Source: an uncultured Hormoscilla sp. (GTDB taxonomy: Bacteria > Cyanobacteriota > Cyanobacteriia > Cyanobacteriales > Desertifilaceae). From it: a DNA stretch of 64,000 nt. Below are positions 1 to 11,266 of this stretch, piece by piece (within the stretch, counting starts at the first letter, position 1; the number at the start of each line of letters is the position of its first letter). The DNA is taken from positions 1,888,001-1,952,000 of the forward strand of contig OZ001293.3 in the NCBI GenBank assembly GCA_963921275.4, written 5' to 3'. The notes under the pieces were generated by a model, which was not told the DNA's origin, did no database searches, and saw only the letters and a program-made list of their open reading frames with translations. The translations under genes were made by a program, and so were the position numbers.

Positions 1-100
1 CCTCTTAGATCACACCAATATATCCTGGTTGTCAACTCAATAATCTTGTTATATATTTTTGGTGGGGACCCATATCGTTAATCTAACTGATGACACGCCC
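1..100 (-). mobile_element. Terminal part of an IS5-family element (same element as 8994-9892), cut by the window edge
   Basis: 1-100 is nearly identical to 9793-9892 and ends in TGATGACACGCCC followed by TAG. Confidence 0.9.
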
Positions 101-550
101 TAGAATCTCTCGGCATTAATATTATTACCACAGAGTCAGAAGTTAACCGCAAAGATGTCCTGCAACTGCTACGGGAAATACAATATTACCAGCGCAGTCG
201 CCGCATTCGTCAAGGACATGCCCGCAAACGCCTGCAAGGTAAACCGCCACCGGGTAAAGTACCCTACGGATACAAGCGGGGTAAAAATAGCTATGCGATC
301 GATCGGGCGGCGGCGCCAGTAGTGAAGGATTTTTTTGCACAATTTCTGCTGTATGGTTCTTTGCGGGGTGCCGTGCGCTATTTGGAGAAGAGATATGGCA
401 AGAAGATATCGGTTTCTACAGGACGGCGGTGGCTGACTAACCCCGTGTATCGGGGGATACGGCTTTCCGAGATGGTGAGATTATCTCGGATACCCATGTA
501 GCAATTATTTTACGAGAAGAGGCGGCCCAGGTAGACAGAATCTTGCGGAC
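101..550 (+). pseudogene. Serine recombinase-family gene fragment (recombinase domain), truncated by IS5 and at its 3' end
   Basis: Manual translation: ESLGINII...QRSRRIRQGHARKRLQGKPPPGKVPYGYKRGK...GSLRGAVRYL...RWLTNPVYRG, then a frameshift. Confidence 0.75.
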
Positions 551-3289
551 GCTCGCGTAGCATCCCGATTTTTCCGGAACGGCAGACATCGAAAGCTAAA
601 TTAGCTACCAATTATTATCTCCCCACTCCTCGGGGTTGAGGGTTGGGGGTTGATGATATGAGTGATTCCCGAATCGAAGTAAATTAGGGGGGGCCGAGCT
701 GCGGGAACCGCAAGATTTGACGGCCACAATTCGTCCCCTGCAATGCTGCGGTGCTGAGCTCTAGGTCGGTAGGAGAGGAGTGCTATTCTGATCGCTCACG
801 TAAATCTTTGAAATTTCCTGCAGGGTAGCCAGGGTTTCCCTTTCAAAGTTAATCAAGGTATCTAGGCCCTGATAGACGATCGCCAAATCTACCGTTCCGG
901 AAAAATCGCGTCCAGCCCGATCGCGTCCAGCCCCGTCCGTATAATCTTCAAAGTCTATGATAGTACCCATCATGTCCGACTCCAGAACAAAAATATTGGC
1001 CTCTGATCCTTCGTAGAGACGATCGCTTCCATGGTTTCCGTAGACGCGATCTCTTCCCTCCCCGCCGATCAGAGTGTCCTCCTCCTCCTTCTCAAAGAGT
1101 GATAAAGTTAGGGGTTGGGGGTTGAGAGTTAGGGGTTGACGAGTATTGCTGAAGTTAAGGTCAGTAGGAGATTCGGCAACATCGTTCACATTAATAATCA
1201 AAGCCTCCGAGTAACTGGCCCCAGTAACGTCAGTAGTCTGAACGCGGATGCTGTAACTCGACCTCATCTCCAAAGCCGGAGAACTATTAATTAGCAGTTG
1301 GTCCCCTACTATAGTGAAAGCAGCGTTATCATCGTCACCAAAACCCGAGATTAACCCGTAGGTAAAAGTATTTCCCCCGTCCGGATCGCTAGTTCCGAAA
1401 GTCCCCACGATCGCACCCACACGGGAATTAGAATTAATGCTGCCATTACTAAGAACTATATCAGTAGGAGACTCAGCAACATTGTTCACATTAATAATCA
1501 AAGCCTCCGAGTAACTGTTCCCAGTCGAGTCGGTAGTCCGAACGAATATCCTGTAAATCTCCTGAGTCTCAAAATCCGGAGAACTGTTAATTCGCAGTTG
1601 GTCCCCCACTATGATGAAAGCAGCGTTATCATCATCACCAATCGCGTAGCGTGCGCGCGGCGCATAGCCCGAGATTAACTGGTAAGTAAAGGTATCTCCA
1701 TTATCGGGGTCAGTAGTTCCGAAAGTCCCTACAACTGCACCCAATAGGGAATCTTCATTGATGCTGCTGCTGCTAAGGACTAGGTCGGTAGGAGACTCGC
1801 CGACATCGTTGACGTTAATAATCAAGACCTCCGAGTAACTGTTCCCAGTCGAGTCAGTAGTCTGGACGCGGATGCTGTAACTCGACTGAGTCTCAAAGTC
1901 AGGGGAACTGTTAATTCGCAGTTGGTTCCCTACTATGGTGAAGGCAGCGTTATCATCGGCACCAATCGCGTAGCGTGCGCGCAGCGCATAGCCGGAGATT
2001 AACTGGTAGGTAAAGGTATCTCCATTATCGGGGTCAGTAGTTCCGAAAGTCCCCACGACAGTATTGGCTGGGGAGTTTTCGTTGATATTGATGCTGCTGC
2101 TAAGAATTATATCAGTAGGAGAGGAGTTCAATGCTTCATCATTGACCTTAATAGTCAAGACCTCCGAATAACTGTTATTAGCCGAGTCAGTAGTTTGGAC
2201 GCGGATGCTGTAACTCGACTGAGTCTCAAAGTCCGGAGAACTGTTAATTCGCAGTGAGTTCCCTTGTATGGAGAAGGCGGCGTTATCATCGGCACCAGCG
2301 CCGGAGACTAACTGGTAGGTAAAGCTATCGGAAGCGTCGGGGTCGGTAGTAAAGAAAGTCCCCACAACTGCACCCAATGGAGAGTTAGAATTGATGCTAC
2401 TGTTGCTGAGGTTGATGCCCGTAGGAGATTCGGCAACATCATTCACGTCAATAATCAAGACCGACTCCAAAGCGTTATTAGTCGAGTCAGTAGTCTGGAC
2501 GCGGATGCTGTAACTGGACTGGGTCTCAAAGTCCAAAGAACTGTTAGTTAGCAGTTGGTCCCCTACTATAGTAAAAGCATTGTTGCCCGAGACAAGCATA
2601 TAGGTAAAGCTATCTCCCTCGTCGGGGTCAGTAGTAGAGAAAGTCCCCACAACTGCACCCAATGGAGAGTTAGAATCAATGCTACTGCTGCTGAGGTTGA
2701 TGTCCGTAGGAGATTCGGCAACATCGTTCACGTCAATAATCAAGACCGACTCAAAAGCATTATTAGCCGAGTCTGTAGTTTGGACTTCGATGATGTAAGT
2801 CGACTGAGTCTCAAAGTCCAAAGAACTGTTAGTTAGCAGTTGGTCCCCTACTATGGTGAAGGCGTTGTTGCCAAAGACTAACTGGTAGGTAAAGCTATCA
2901 GAATTGTCAGGGTCGGTAGTAGAGAAAGTCCCTACGACTGCACCCAATGGGGAGTTTTCATTGATGCTATTGTTGCTGAGAACTAGGTCGGTAGGAAACT
3001 CGGCAACATCATTGACGTTAATCATGAAAGCCTCCGAGTAACTGACCCCAGCAAAGTCAGTAGTTTGGACGCGGATGAGGTAACTCGATTTTGTCTCAAA
3101 GTCCGGAGAACTATTAATTCGCAGTTGGTCCCCTACTATGGTGAAAGCGGCGTTATCATCGGCACCAGCGCCTCCGACTAACCGGTAGGTAAAGGTATCG
3201 GAATCGTCAGGGTCGGTAGTTCCGAAAGTCCCTACAACTGTACCCTCAGTGGAGTTTTCATTGATGCGGCGGTTGCTGAGTTCGATGTC

Positions 3290-6200
3290 CGTCGGAGACT
3301 CGTTAATATCGTTGACGCTAATAGTAAAGACCTCCGAGTAACTGGCCCCACCAAAGTCAGTAGTCTGGACGCGGATGCTGTAACTGGACTGGGTCTCAAA
3401 GTCAGGGGAACTGTTAATTTGCAGTGAGTTCCCTACTATGGTGAAGGCGGCGTTATCATCGGCACCGTCGCCTGTGACTAACTGGTAGGTAAAGGGATCG
3501 GAAGAGTCAGGATCGGTAGTTGAGAAAGTCCCTACGACTGCATTATCAGGGGAGTTTTCATCAATGCTGCTGCTGCTAAGGACTATGGAGGTCGGAGGTT
3601 CGGGAACATCGTTGACGCTAATAGTCAAGACTATGGAGGTCGGAGGTTCGGGAACATCGTTGACGCTAATAGTAAAGGCCTCCGAGTAACTGGCCCCGGT
3701 CGAGTCAGTAGTCTGGACGCGGATGCTGTAACTGGACTGGGTCTCAAAGTCAGGGGAACTGTTAATTTGCAGTGAGTTCCCTACTATGGTGAAGGCGGCG
3801 TTATCATCGGCACCGTCGCCTGTGACTAACTGGTAGGTAAAGGGATCGGAAGAGTCAGGATCGGTAGTTGAGAAAGTCCCTACGACTGCATTATCAGGGG
3901 AGTTTTCATCAATGCTGCTGCTGCTAAGGACTATGGAGGTCGGAGGTTCGGGAACATCGTTGACGCTAATAGTCAAGACTATGGAGGTCGGAGGTTCGGG
4001 AACATCGTTGACGCTAATAGTAAAGGCCTCCGAGTAACTGGCCCCGGTCGAGTCAGTAGTCTGGACGCGGATGCTGTAACTGGACTGGGTCTCAAAGTCA
4101 GGGGAACTGTTAATTTGCAGTGAGTTCCCTGTTATCGTGAAGGCGTCGTTATCATCGGCACCGTCGCCTGTGACTAACTGGTAGGTAAAGGGATCGGAAG
4201 AGTCAGGATCGCTAGTTGAGAAAGTCCCTACGACTGCATTATCAGAGGAGTTAGAATCAATGCTGCTGTTGCTAAAGACTATGGAGGTCGGAGGTTCGGG
4301 AACATCCTTGACGCTAATAGTCAAGACTATGGAGGTCGGAGACTCGTTAATATCGTTGACGCTAATAGTAAAGGCCTCCGAGTAACTGGCCCCGGTCGAG
4401 TCAGTAGTCTGGACGCGGATGCTGTAACTGGACTGGGTCTCAAAGTCAGGGGAACTGTTAATTTGCAGTGAGTTCCCTGTTATCGTGAAGGCGTCGTTAT
4501 CATCGGCACCGTCGCCTGTGACTAACTGGTAGGTAAAGGTATCTCCAATGTCAGGATCGCTAGTTGAGAAAGTCCCTACGACTGCATTATCAGAGGAGTT
4601 AGAATCAATGCTGCTGTTGCTAAGGACTATGGAGGTCGGAGGTTCGGGAACATCCTTGACGCTAATAGTCAAGACTATGGAGGTCGGAGACTCGTTAATA
4701 TCCTTGACGCTAATAGTAAAGGCCTCCGAGTAACTGGCCCCGGTCGAGTCAGTAGTCTGGACGCGGATGCTGTAACTGGACTGGGTCTCAAAGTCAGGGG
4801 AACTGTTAATTTGCAGTGAGTTCCCTGTTATCGTGAAGGCGTCGTTATCATCGGCACCGTCGCCTGTGACTAACTGGTAGGTAAAGGTATCTCCAATGTC
4901 AGGATCGCTAGTTGAGAAAGTCCCTACGACTGCATTATCAGAGGAGTTAGAATCAATGCTGCTGTTGCTAAGGACTAGGTCGGTAGGAAACTCGTTGACA
5001 TTGTTGACATTAATAGTAAAAGCCTCCGAGTAACTGGCTCCAACAGAGTCAGTAGTCTGGACGCGGATGCTGTAACTGGACTGGGTCTCAAAGTCAGGGG
5101 AACTGTTAATTTGCAGTGAGTTCCCTGTTATCGTGAAGGCGTCGTTATCATCGGCACCGTCGCCTGTGACTAACTGGTAGGTAAAGGTATCTCCAATGTC
5201 AGGATCGCTAGTTGAGAAAGTCCCTACGACTGCATTATCAGAGGAGTTAGAATCAATGCTGCTGTTGCTAAGGACTAGGTCGGTAGGAGACTCGTTGACA
5301 TTGTTGACATTAATAGTAAAAGCCTCCGAGTAACTGGCCCCAACAGAGTCAGTAGTCTGGACGCGGATGCTGTAACTGGACTGGGTCTCAAAGTCAGGGG
5401 AACTGTTAATTTGCAGTGAGTTCCCTGTTATCGTGAAGGCGTCGTTATCATCGGCACCGTCGCCTGTGACTAACTGGTAGGTAAAGGTATCTCCAATGTC
5501 AGGATCGCTAGTTGAGAAAGTCCCTACGACTGCATTATCAGAGGAGTTAGAATCAATGCTGCTGTTGCTAAGGACTATGGAGGTCGGAGGTTCGGGAACA
5601 TCGTTGACGCTAATAGTCAAGGCTTCTGAGTAACTGTTCCCAACAGAGTCAGTAGTCTGGACGCGGATGCTGTAACTGGACTGGGTCTCAAAGTCAGGGG
5701 AACTGTTAATTTGCAGTGAGTTCCCTGTTATCGTGAAGGCGTCGTTATCATCGGCACCGTCGCCTGTGACTAACTGGTAGGTAAAGGTATCTCCAATGTC
5801 AGGATCGCTAGTTGAGAAAGTCCCTACGACTGCATTATCAGAGGAGTTAGAATCAATGCTGCTGTTGCTAAGGACTATGGAGGTCGGAGGTTCGGGAACA
5901 TCGTTGACGCTAATAGTCAAGGCTTCTGAGTAACTGTTCCCAACAGAGTCGGTAGTCTGGACGCGGATGCTGTAACTGGACTGGGTCTCAAAGTCAGGGG
6001 AACTGTTAATTTGCAGTGAGTTCCCTGTTATCGTGAAGGCGTCGTTATCATCGGCACCGTCGCCTGTGACTAACTGGTAGGTAAAGGTATCTCCAATGTC
6101 AGGGTCGCTAGTTGAGAAAGTCCCTACGACTGCATTATCAGAGGAGTTAGAATCAATGCTGCTGTTGCTAAGGACTATGGAGGTCGGAGGTTCGGGAACA

Positions 6201-6720
6201 TCGTTGACGCTAATAGTCAAGGCTTCTGAGTAACTGTTCCCAACAGAGTCGGTAGTCTGGACGCGGATGCTGTAACTGGACTGGGTCTCAAAGTCAGGGG
6301 AACTGTTAATTTGCAGTGAGTTCCCTGTTATCGTGAAGGCGTCGTTATCATCGGCACCGTCGCCTGTGACTAACTGGTAGGTAAAGGTATCTCCAATGTC
6401 AGGGTCGCTAGTTGAGAAAGTCCCTACGACTGCACCCTCAGCGGAGTTTTCAGCGAAGTTTTCATCAATGCTGCTGTTGCTAAGGACTAGGTCGGTAGGA
6501 GACTCGTTGACATTGTTGACATTAATAGTAAAAGCCTCCGAGTAACTGGCCCCAACAGAGTCGGTAGTCTGGACGCGGATGCTGTAACTGGACTGGGTCT
6601 CAAAGTCAGGGGAACTGTTAATTTGCAGTGAGTTCCCTGTTATCGTGAAGGCGTCGTTATTATCGGCACCGTCGCCTGTGACTAACTGGTAGGTAAAGGT
6701 ATCTCCAATGTCAGGGTCGC
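3290..6720. repeat. Near-identical tandem cadherin-domain repeats of 300 and 348 bp
   Basis: CTCAAAGTC recurs at 300-bp spacing (~4789-6289) and ~348-bp spacing (~3395-4789); the longer units carry a 48-bp internal duplication (TISVNDVPEPPTSIVL). Confidence 0.95.
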
Positions 6721-6722
6721 TA

Positions 6723-7595
6723 GGGTGTGTCATCAATCAAATTGCTTGACAGAAGTAGATGGATACGGTATGGAGTCCTTATCCAGCAATAACAATCAAG
6801 AGGGCATGATATGAGACGCTATGGCTTGCGAGACGACCAGTGGGAACGGATCGAACACCTTTTACCTGGTAAAGAGGGTGACCCAGGCGCTACAGCCAAG
6901 AACAATAGATTATTCGTGTTCTGCCGTGTTATATCGATATCGTGCTGGCATTCCCTGGCGGGATTTACCGGAGTGTTTTGGGGATTTTCGGGTTGTTCAT
7001 ACCCGCCATACCCGTTGGTCTGAAAAGGGAGTTTGGAAGCAGGTATTCGATGTCTTGGCCTCAGACGCCGATAACGAATACGCCGCGATTGATGCCACCA
7101 TCCTGCGTGCCCATCAACGAGCGTGCGGGTGCAAAAAAAAACACCCTCAGATACGTGCGAAACCCAAGCCATAGGCCGTAGTAAAGGGGGACTATCGACA
7201 AAGATTCATGCCACTTGCGATTGCCCAAGGCAATCCCACAGGATTTCATCTTACCCCTGGCCAAGCCCACGACGGGAAAGGCGCTGACGTGCTATTGGAT
7301 AAAATCGGTGAGATTGGCGCGCTGCTTGCAGATAAAGCCTATGATGCGGAACAACGTGTGCTCGAGCGCCTGAAAGAGGCGGATTGGATGGCTGTCATTC
7401 CTCCAAAAAGTAACCGCACAGAACACAGAGAATACGATGAAGAAATGTACAAGTGGCGGCATCTAATTGAAAATCTATTCCAAAAACTCAAGCAATACAG
7501 GGCTCTGGCGACACGCTACGATAAAACGGCTCGCAATTTCTTGGGTGCCATCTACCTCGCGGCAGCTGTAATATGGCTTAATTGATGACACGCCC
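6723..7595 (+). mobile_element. IS5-family (IS427-like) element, 873 bp, frameshifted transposase
   Basis: TIRs GGGTGTGTCATCAAT / ATTGATGACACGCCC, TA duplication; transposase motifs [31 protein letters not shown]. Confidence 0.95.
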
Positions 7596-8993
7596 TAGTT
7601 GAGAAAGTCCCTACGACTGCATTATCAGGGGAGTTTTCATCAATGCTGCTGCTGCTGAGATTGATGTCGGTAGGAGAGGAGTTGCTTGTGCGGATGATTC
7701 GGTTGCCGAACAGATCGTCATTGTCCAGCATGGTGCCCAAGGCGATGAACGGTGGAGTGGGGCCTCCCATATCATTAGCAGCGTTATTGTCCGAGAAGGT
7801 TACCTGTGCGAGGGTCACAGTCGGCAGGCTGCTGGGCATGCCTTGGTTGTTTCCGTTGCTATTGGTGGTGATGTGCAGGGCGAAAATGGCGCCCCCCAGA
7901 CCTCTGCCGTTGTTCGCGCCAGTGCCACCTCGAGCGTTATTATTGTTAAAGCTGCTGTTCAAAACGTTGAGTTCGCCCTCGCGGATGAATATGGCTCCGC
8001 CCATGCCCGCGCCGCCGCCGCCGCCGCCGCTGCCGATTTCGCCGCCGTTGACGAAGCCGCCGCCGCCGCCGGGGACGCCGGGGCCGCCGAGGCCGCCGCC
8101 GAAGCCGCCGCCGCCGTTGCCGCCGAAGCCGCCGCCGCCGAGGCCGCCGTTGCCGCCGCCGCCGCCTAATTTGCCCAAGTTGCCGGGGCCGCCGTTGCCG
8201 CCGCCGCCGCCGAAGCCGCCGAAGCCGCCGTTGCCGCCGTTGCCGCCAAAGCCGAGGCCTTGGGCGGCGCCGAAGCTGCCCTTGCCGCCGGGGCCGCCGC
8301 CGCCGCCGAAGCCGCCGGGGCCGCCGGGGCCGCCGGGGCCGGGATCTATGCCGTCGCCGCCGAAGCCGCCGGGGCCGCCGGGGCCGCCGTCGCCGCCTCG
8401 GTTGGTGCTGAGACTGAAGCCGCCGAGGCCGCCGTCGCCGCCGTCGCCGCCGAAGCCGCCGGGGCCGCCGGGGCCGCCGTCGCCGCCCAATTCGTCGGCG
8501 TCGCGGCCGATGCTGCCATTATTACCAGTAGGAGTGACGAAATTAGCATTACCACCCGTTCCACTGCTGTTGCCATTGCCACCCCTGGCGCTATTATTCT
8601 GGAAAGTGCTATCGGTCACCGTGACTGTCCCGTCAAAGACAAACAGGGCGCCGCCCATGCCTGCTGCCCCGCCGCCGCCATTGCCTCCCTGGGCCAGACC
8701 GTCGCTAAAGGTCAGGTCATTGAAATTGACTGTACCGCCGAGGACAAAGAACAGCCGGTGTCGGTCGGAGCCATCAATGGTGTTGTCGTTCCCATTTATC
8801 GTGAGTTGGACGTCTTCTTCAATAAGGGGTAGCAACCCGGTCAGGGTAATATCTCCCATGATGTTAATGGTATCTGCCTGACCGTTACCCGCGGAATTGG
8901 TAATGGCTTGGGATAGTTCTGCTGGTCTGTCTACGTTAAATGTAGCCATAATATCTTCTGTAAGGGATAGACTTTTTTAGGGGTTGGTCACTA

Positions 8994-9892
8994 GGGCGTG
9001 TCATCAGTTAAGCCAAACAACAGTAGCAGCCAGGTAGATAGCACCCAAGAAATTCTGAGCCCTCTTATCGTAACGGGTGGCAATGGCTCGATATTGCTTG
9101 AGTTTGGCAAAAAAATTCTCAATCAAATGACGTGCTTTGTATAGATATTTGTCATAACGGCGTTGTTCTTTTCGATTGGATTTAGGCGGAATCACAGGTT
9201 CGCATTGCTGGGCTTCAAGACGTTTCAAAACCCGTTCGTCAGCATCAGAAGCTTTGTCTGCGAGTAACGCATCAGCCTTAATATTATCAAGTAACACATC
9301 AGCCCCTTCCAAATCGTGAGCTTGACCGGCTGTTAAATGAAAACCCGTTGGGTTCCCCAATGCGTCACAGGTCGCGTGAATTTTGGTACTCAAACCCCCT
9401 TTACGGCGTCCGATGGCTTGGTCGCAATCTTTTTTTTTGAGCACCTGCACTATGTTGATGAGCCCTGACAATCGTGGCATCAATCATCGCATATTTGTTA
9501 TCGGCATCGGACGCAAGTACCTTGAATACTCTTTCCCATACCCCGGATTTTGACCACCTACTATGGCGCGTATGAATTACCCTCAAGTCCCCAAATCGCT
9601 CGGGTAAGTCGTCCCGCCAAGGTATCCCAGCTCTATATCGATACAAGACAGCATAGACAAATAAGCGGTTATCCTTAGCTGTCCCCCCCACATAACCCTC
9701 CCGACCTGGCAATAGATCCCTGATTCTCTCCCACTGGTCATCTCTTAAAGCATAGCGACGCATTTCTCAAATTCTCCTGCTCTAACCTTTACCCTCTTAG
9801 ATCACACCAATATATCCTGGTTGTCAACTCAATCATCTTGTTATATATTTTTGGTGGGGACCCATATCGTTAATCTAACTGATGACACGCCC
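8994..9892 (-). mobile_element. IS5-family element, 899 bp, two-ORF transposase joined at an A-run
   Basis: TIRs GGGCGTGTCATCAG / CTGATGACACGCCC, TA flanks; ORFs 9401-9763 and 9004-9483. Confidence 0.95.
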
Positions 9893-9894
9893 TA

Positions 9895-10030
9895 GGTTTG
9901 GCACTTCTCCAAAATCAAGTATACCTGCACCCGATCGGGCGCATGATTTTTCCCATAGCTCCTCAGAACAAACCACCAGTTCGGGAATTCTCGATGAATC
10001 AACTTCTGTTCTAACTCCCGTCACGGGGGC
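9895..10030 (-). pseudogene. Uma2-like endonuclease fragment
   Basis: VRTEVDSSRIPELVVCSEELWE...EVPNL resembles the Uma2 R.PD.VV region; cut by the IS. Confidence 0.5.
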
Positions 10031-10319
10031 GCAGCCATGCTTGGAGCTAGCCACGTACCCCAAGGTGTCATGGCTAGAATAACGTTTACCCTTCCGGGTG
10101 AGCTTGACCAACCTGAGGAGCGAGAGAACAGCTTTAGTAGTCTTTAGCTAAGGTTTGTGGTTGGTCATATGACTTTAGACGCCGATTTGGTAGACTGACA
10201 TCAATATATCGATTTTACTTCAGGATCTGAGCTTGGTGGCGGTAAAATCAACCCAAAGGTAGGTTTAAACCCGAGTCTCACCGGTGCTATTTCAAAGGCG
10301 GCCGCAAGTCAGAAGCACT

Positions 10320-10500
10320 GCCACCCCTGCCTGCACCGGTTCTGGGAAGTCCAGTGCCAGTGTCAGCGGCGATCAAAATGGGCGATCGCACCCTGACGGA
10401 GAAATCGAAATCAACCGCATCAGTTCCGCGCCAAAGCGTCAATCACCTGACAGGGAAACTAAAACAAGAAAACATCAGACCCTACCGGTACTGTCTAACG
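10320..10500 (+). pseudogene. Degraded partial duplicate of the downstream GspE/PilB gene
   Basis: Shares AGTCCAGTGCCAGTGTCAGC, GCGATCGCACCCTGACGGA, ATCAACCGCATCAGTTCC and AACAAGAAAACAT with 11500-11695. Confidence 0.8.
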
Positions 10501-10548
10501 ATACAAGTTGCGTCAGTCAAGGCTATAATAGAGACATAAGCTATTATA

Positions 10549-10752
10549 TAGCAGTTCTCTTGCTTAGTGTGATATGCTGTTGGAGCATAGTTGGCCCGAC
10601 GGAGGGCCGCTGCGCTTTTTCGTATACGAAGTGCTGCGCAGCAGCTAGTGCGCGTAGCGCTACGGGGGATAAGTTAACTCGCTACTTTTCCCCCCTCGCA
10701 ATGACTTCTAGGCGATTATTCTGTACCACATCAATGCCTTCGAGATGAGCTA
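10549..10752. mobile_element. TA-flanked MITE related to 20367-20531
   Basis: Ends TAGCAGTTCTC...GAGATGAGCTA with TA flanks; shares CCCCCCTCGCAATGAC and TACCACATCAAT with the 20.4 kb copy. Confidence 0.75.
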
Positions 10753-10786
10753 TAAGTAAAAAATAGATTGAATCAGGAGTGAGTAG

Positions 10787-10966
10787 TTGCCGACAGTAGA
10801 GCAAGCCCTTAAGGCTGTAGTGTTGTGTCAATGGTTGTCTAATTGCTATCGACCAATTAATGTTTTTCGTTACGATTATAAATTAAGGACAATCTACATT
10901 CAAGCTGGTGCTAGCGATGAAATTGCCCTTGTAATTTTTACGGATGGAAACTGGAGGTTTGTTTGA
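10787..10966 (+). CDS. Small protein, DUF6888-like (not in the ORF track)
   Basis: TTG start; MPTVEQALKAVVLCQWLSNCYRPINVFRYD...GNWRFV; stop overlaps the next start. Confidence 0.65.
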   Translation: MPTVEQALKAVVLCQWLSNCYRPINVFRYDYKLRTIYIQAGASDEIALVIFTDGNWRFV

Positions 10967-11166
10967 TGACTGACTTAAAGCAAATGACCGTCACTGAACT
11001 CAAGCAATATCTCTCCGAGCGGAGAGGGGATGATGACAGGTTTAGCGAAGCGTTGAGGGAGTTATTGAGTCGCGATCGCAATCCGGTCATCTATCCTGCT
11101 GATATGTCGCTAAAGGAAATAGATAGAGTGATGTGGGAGAAAATAGAGCAAGAACGACCAAGCTGA
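10963..11166 (+). CDS. Small protein, DUF6887-like
   Basis: DLKQMTVTELKQYLSERRGDDDRFSEAL motif; coupled to the upstream ORF. Confidence 0.65.
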   Translation: MMTDLKQMTVTELKQYLSERRGDDDRFSEALRELLSRDRNPVIYPADMSLKEIDRVMWEKIEQERPS

Positions 11167-11266
11167 AGCGATCGCCCTCCCGATGGCGATCGCGCCTTGA
11201 TTTGGCATGGGTGCTAGAAAAAAATAACAGGATGTCAACAGAAAGTAAGTTAGATTCAGCAGCATT

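Larger units (their letters stand above)
761..8949 (-). pseudogene. Giant secreted adhesin: Gly-rich N-terminus, 18 cadherin-like repeats, RTX-like C-terminus; split by IS5 at 6723-7595
   Basis: ORFs 7552-8949 and 761-6736. Removing the IS plus one TA rejoins GTCGCTAGTTGAGAAAG, as in sister repeats, giving 7314 nt in frame. Cadherin motifs DFET and DPD; C-terminal DTLIGGEGRD. Confidence 0.9.

Noticed and set aside
761..6736. Diversity-generating retroelement template/variable repeats
   Set aside because: The repeats are tandem whole domains without adenine-specific variation, and no RT is nearby
7643..8881. 412-aa Pro-rich ORF and Ala-rich ORFs
   Set aside because: Antisense or alternate-frame shadows of the GGC-rich Gly tract of the adhesin
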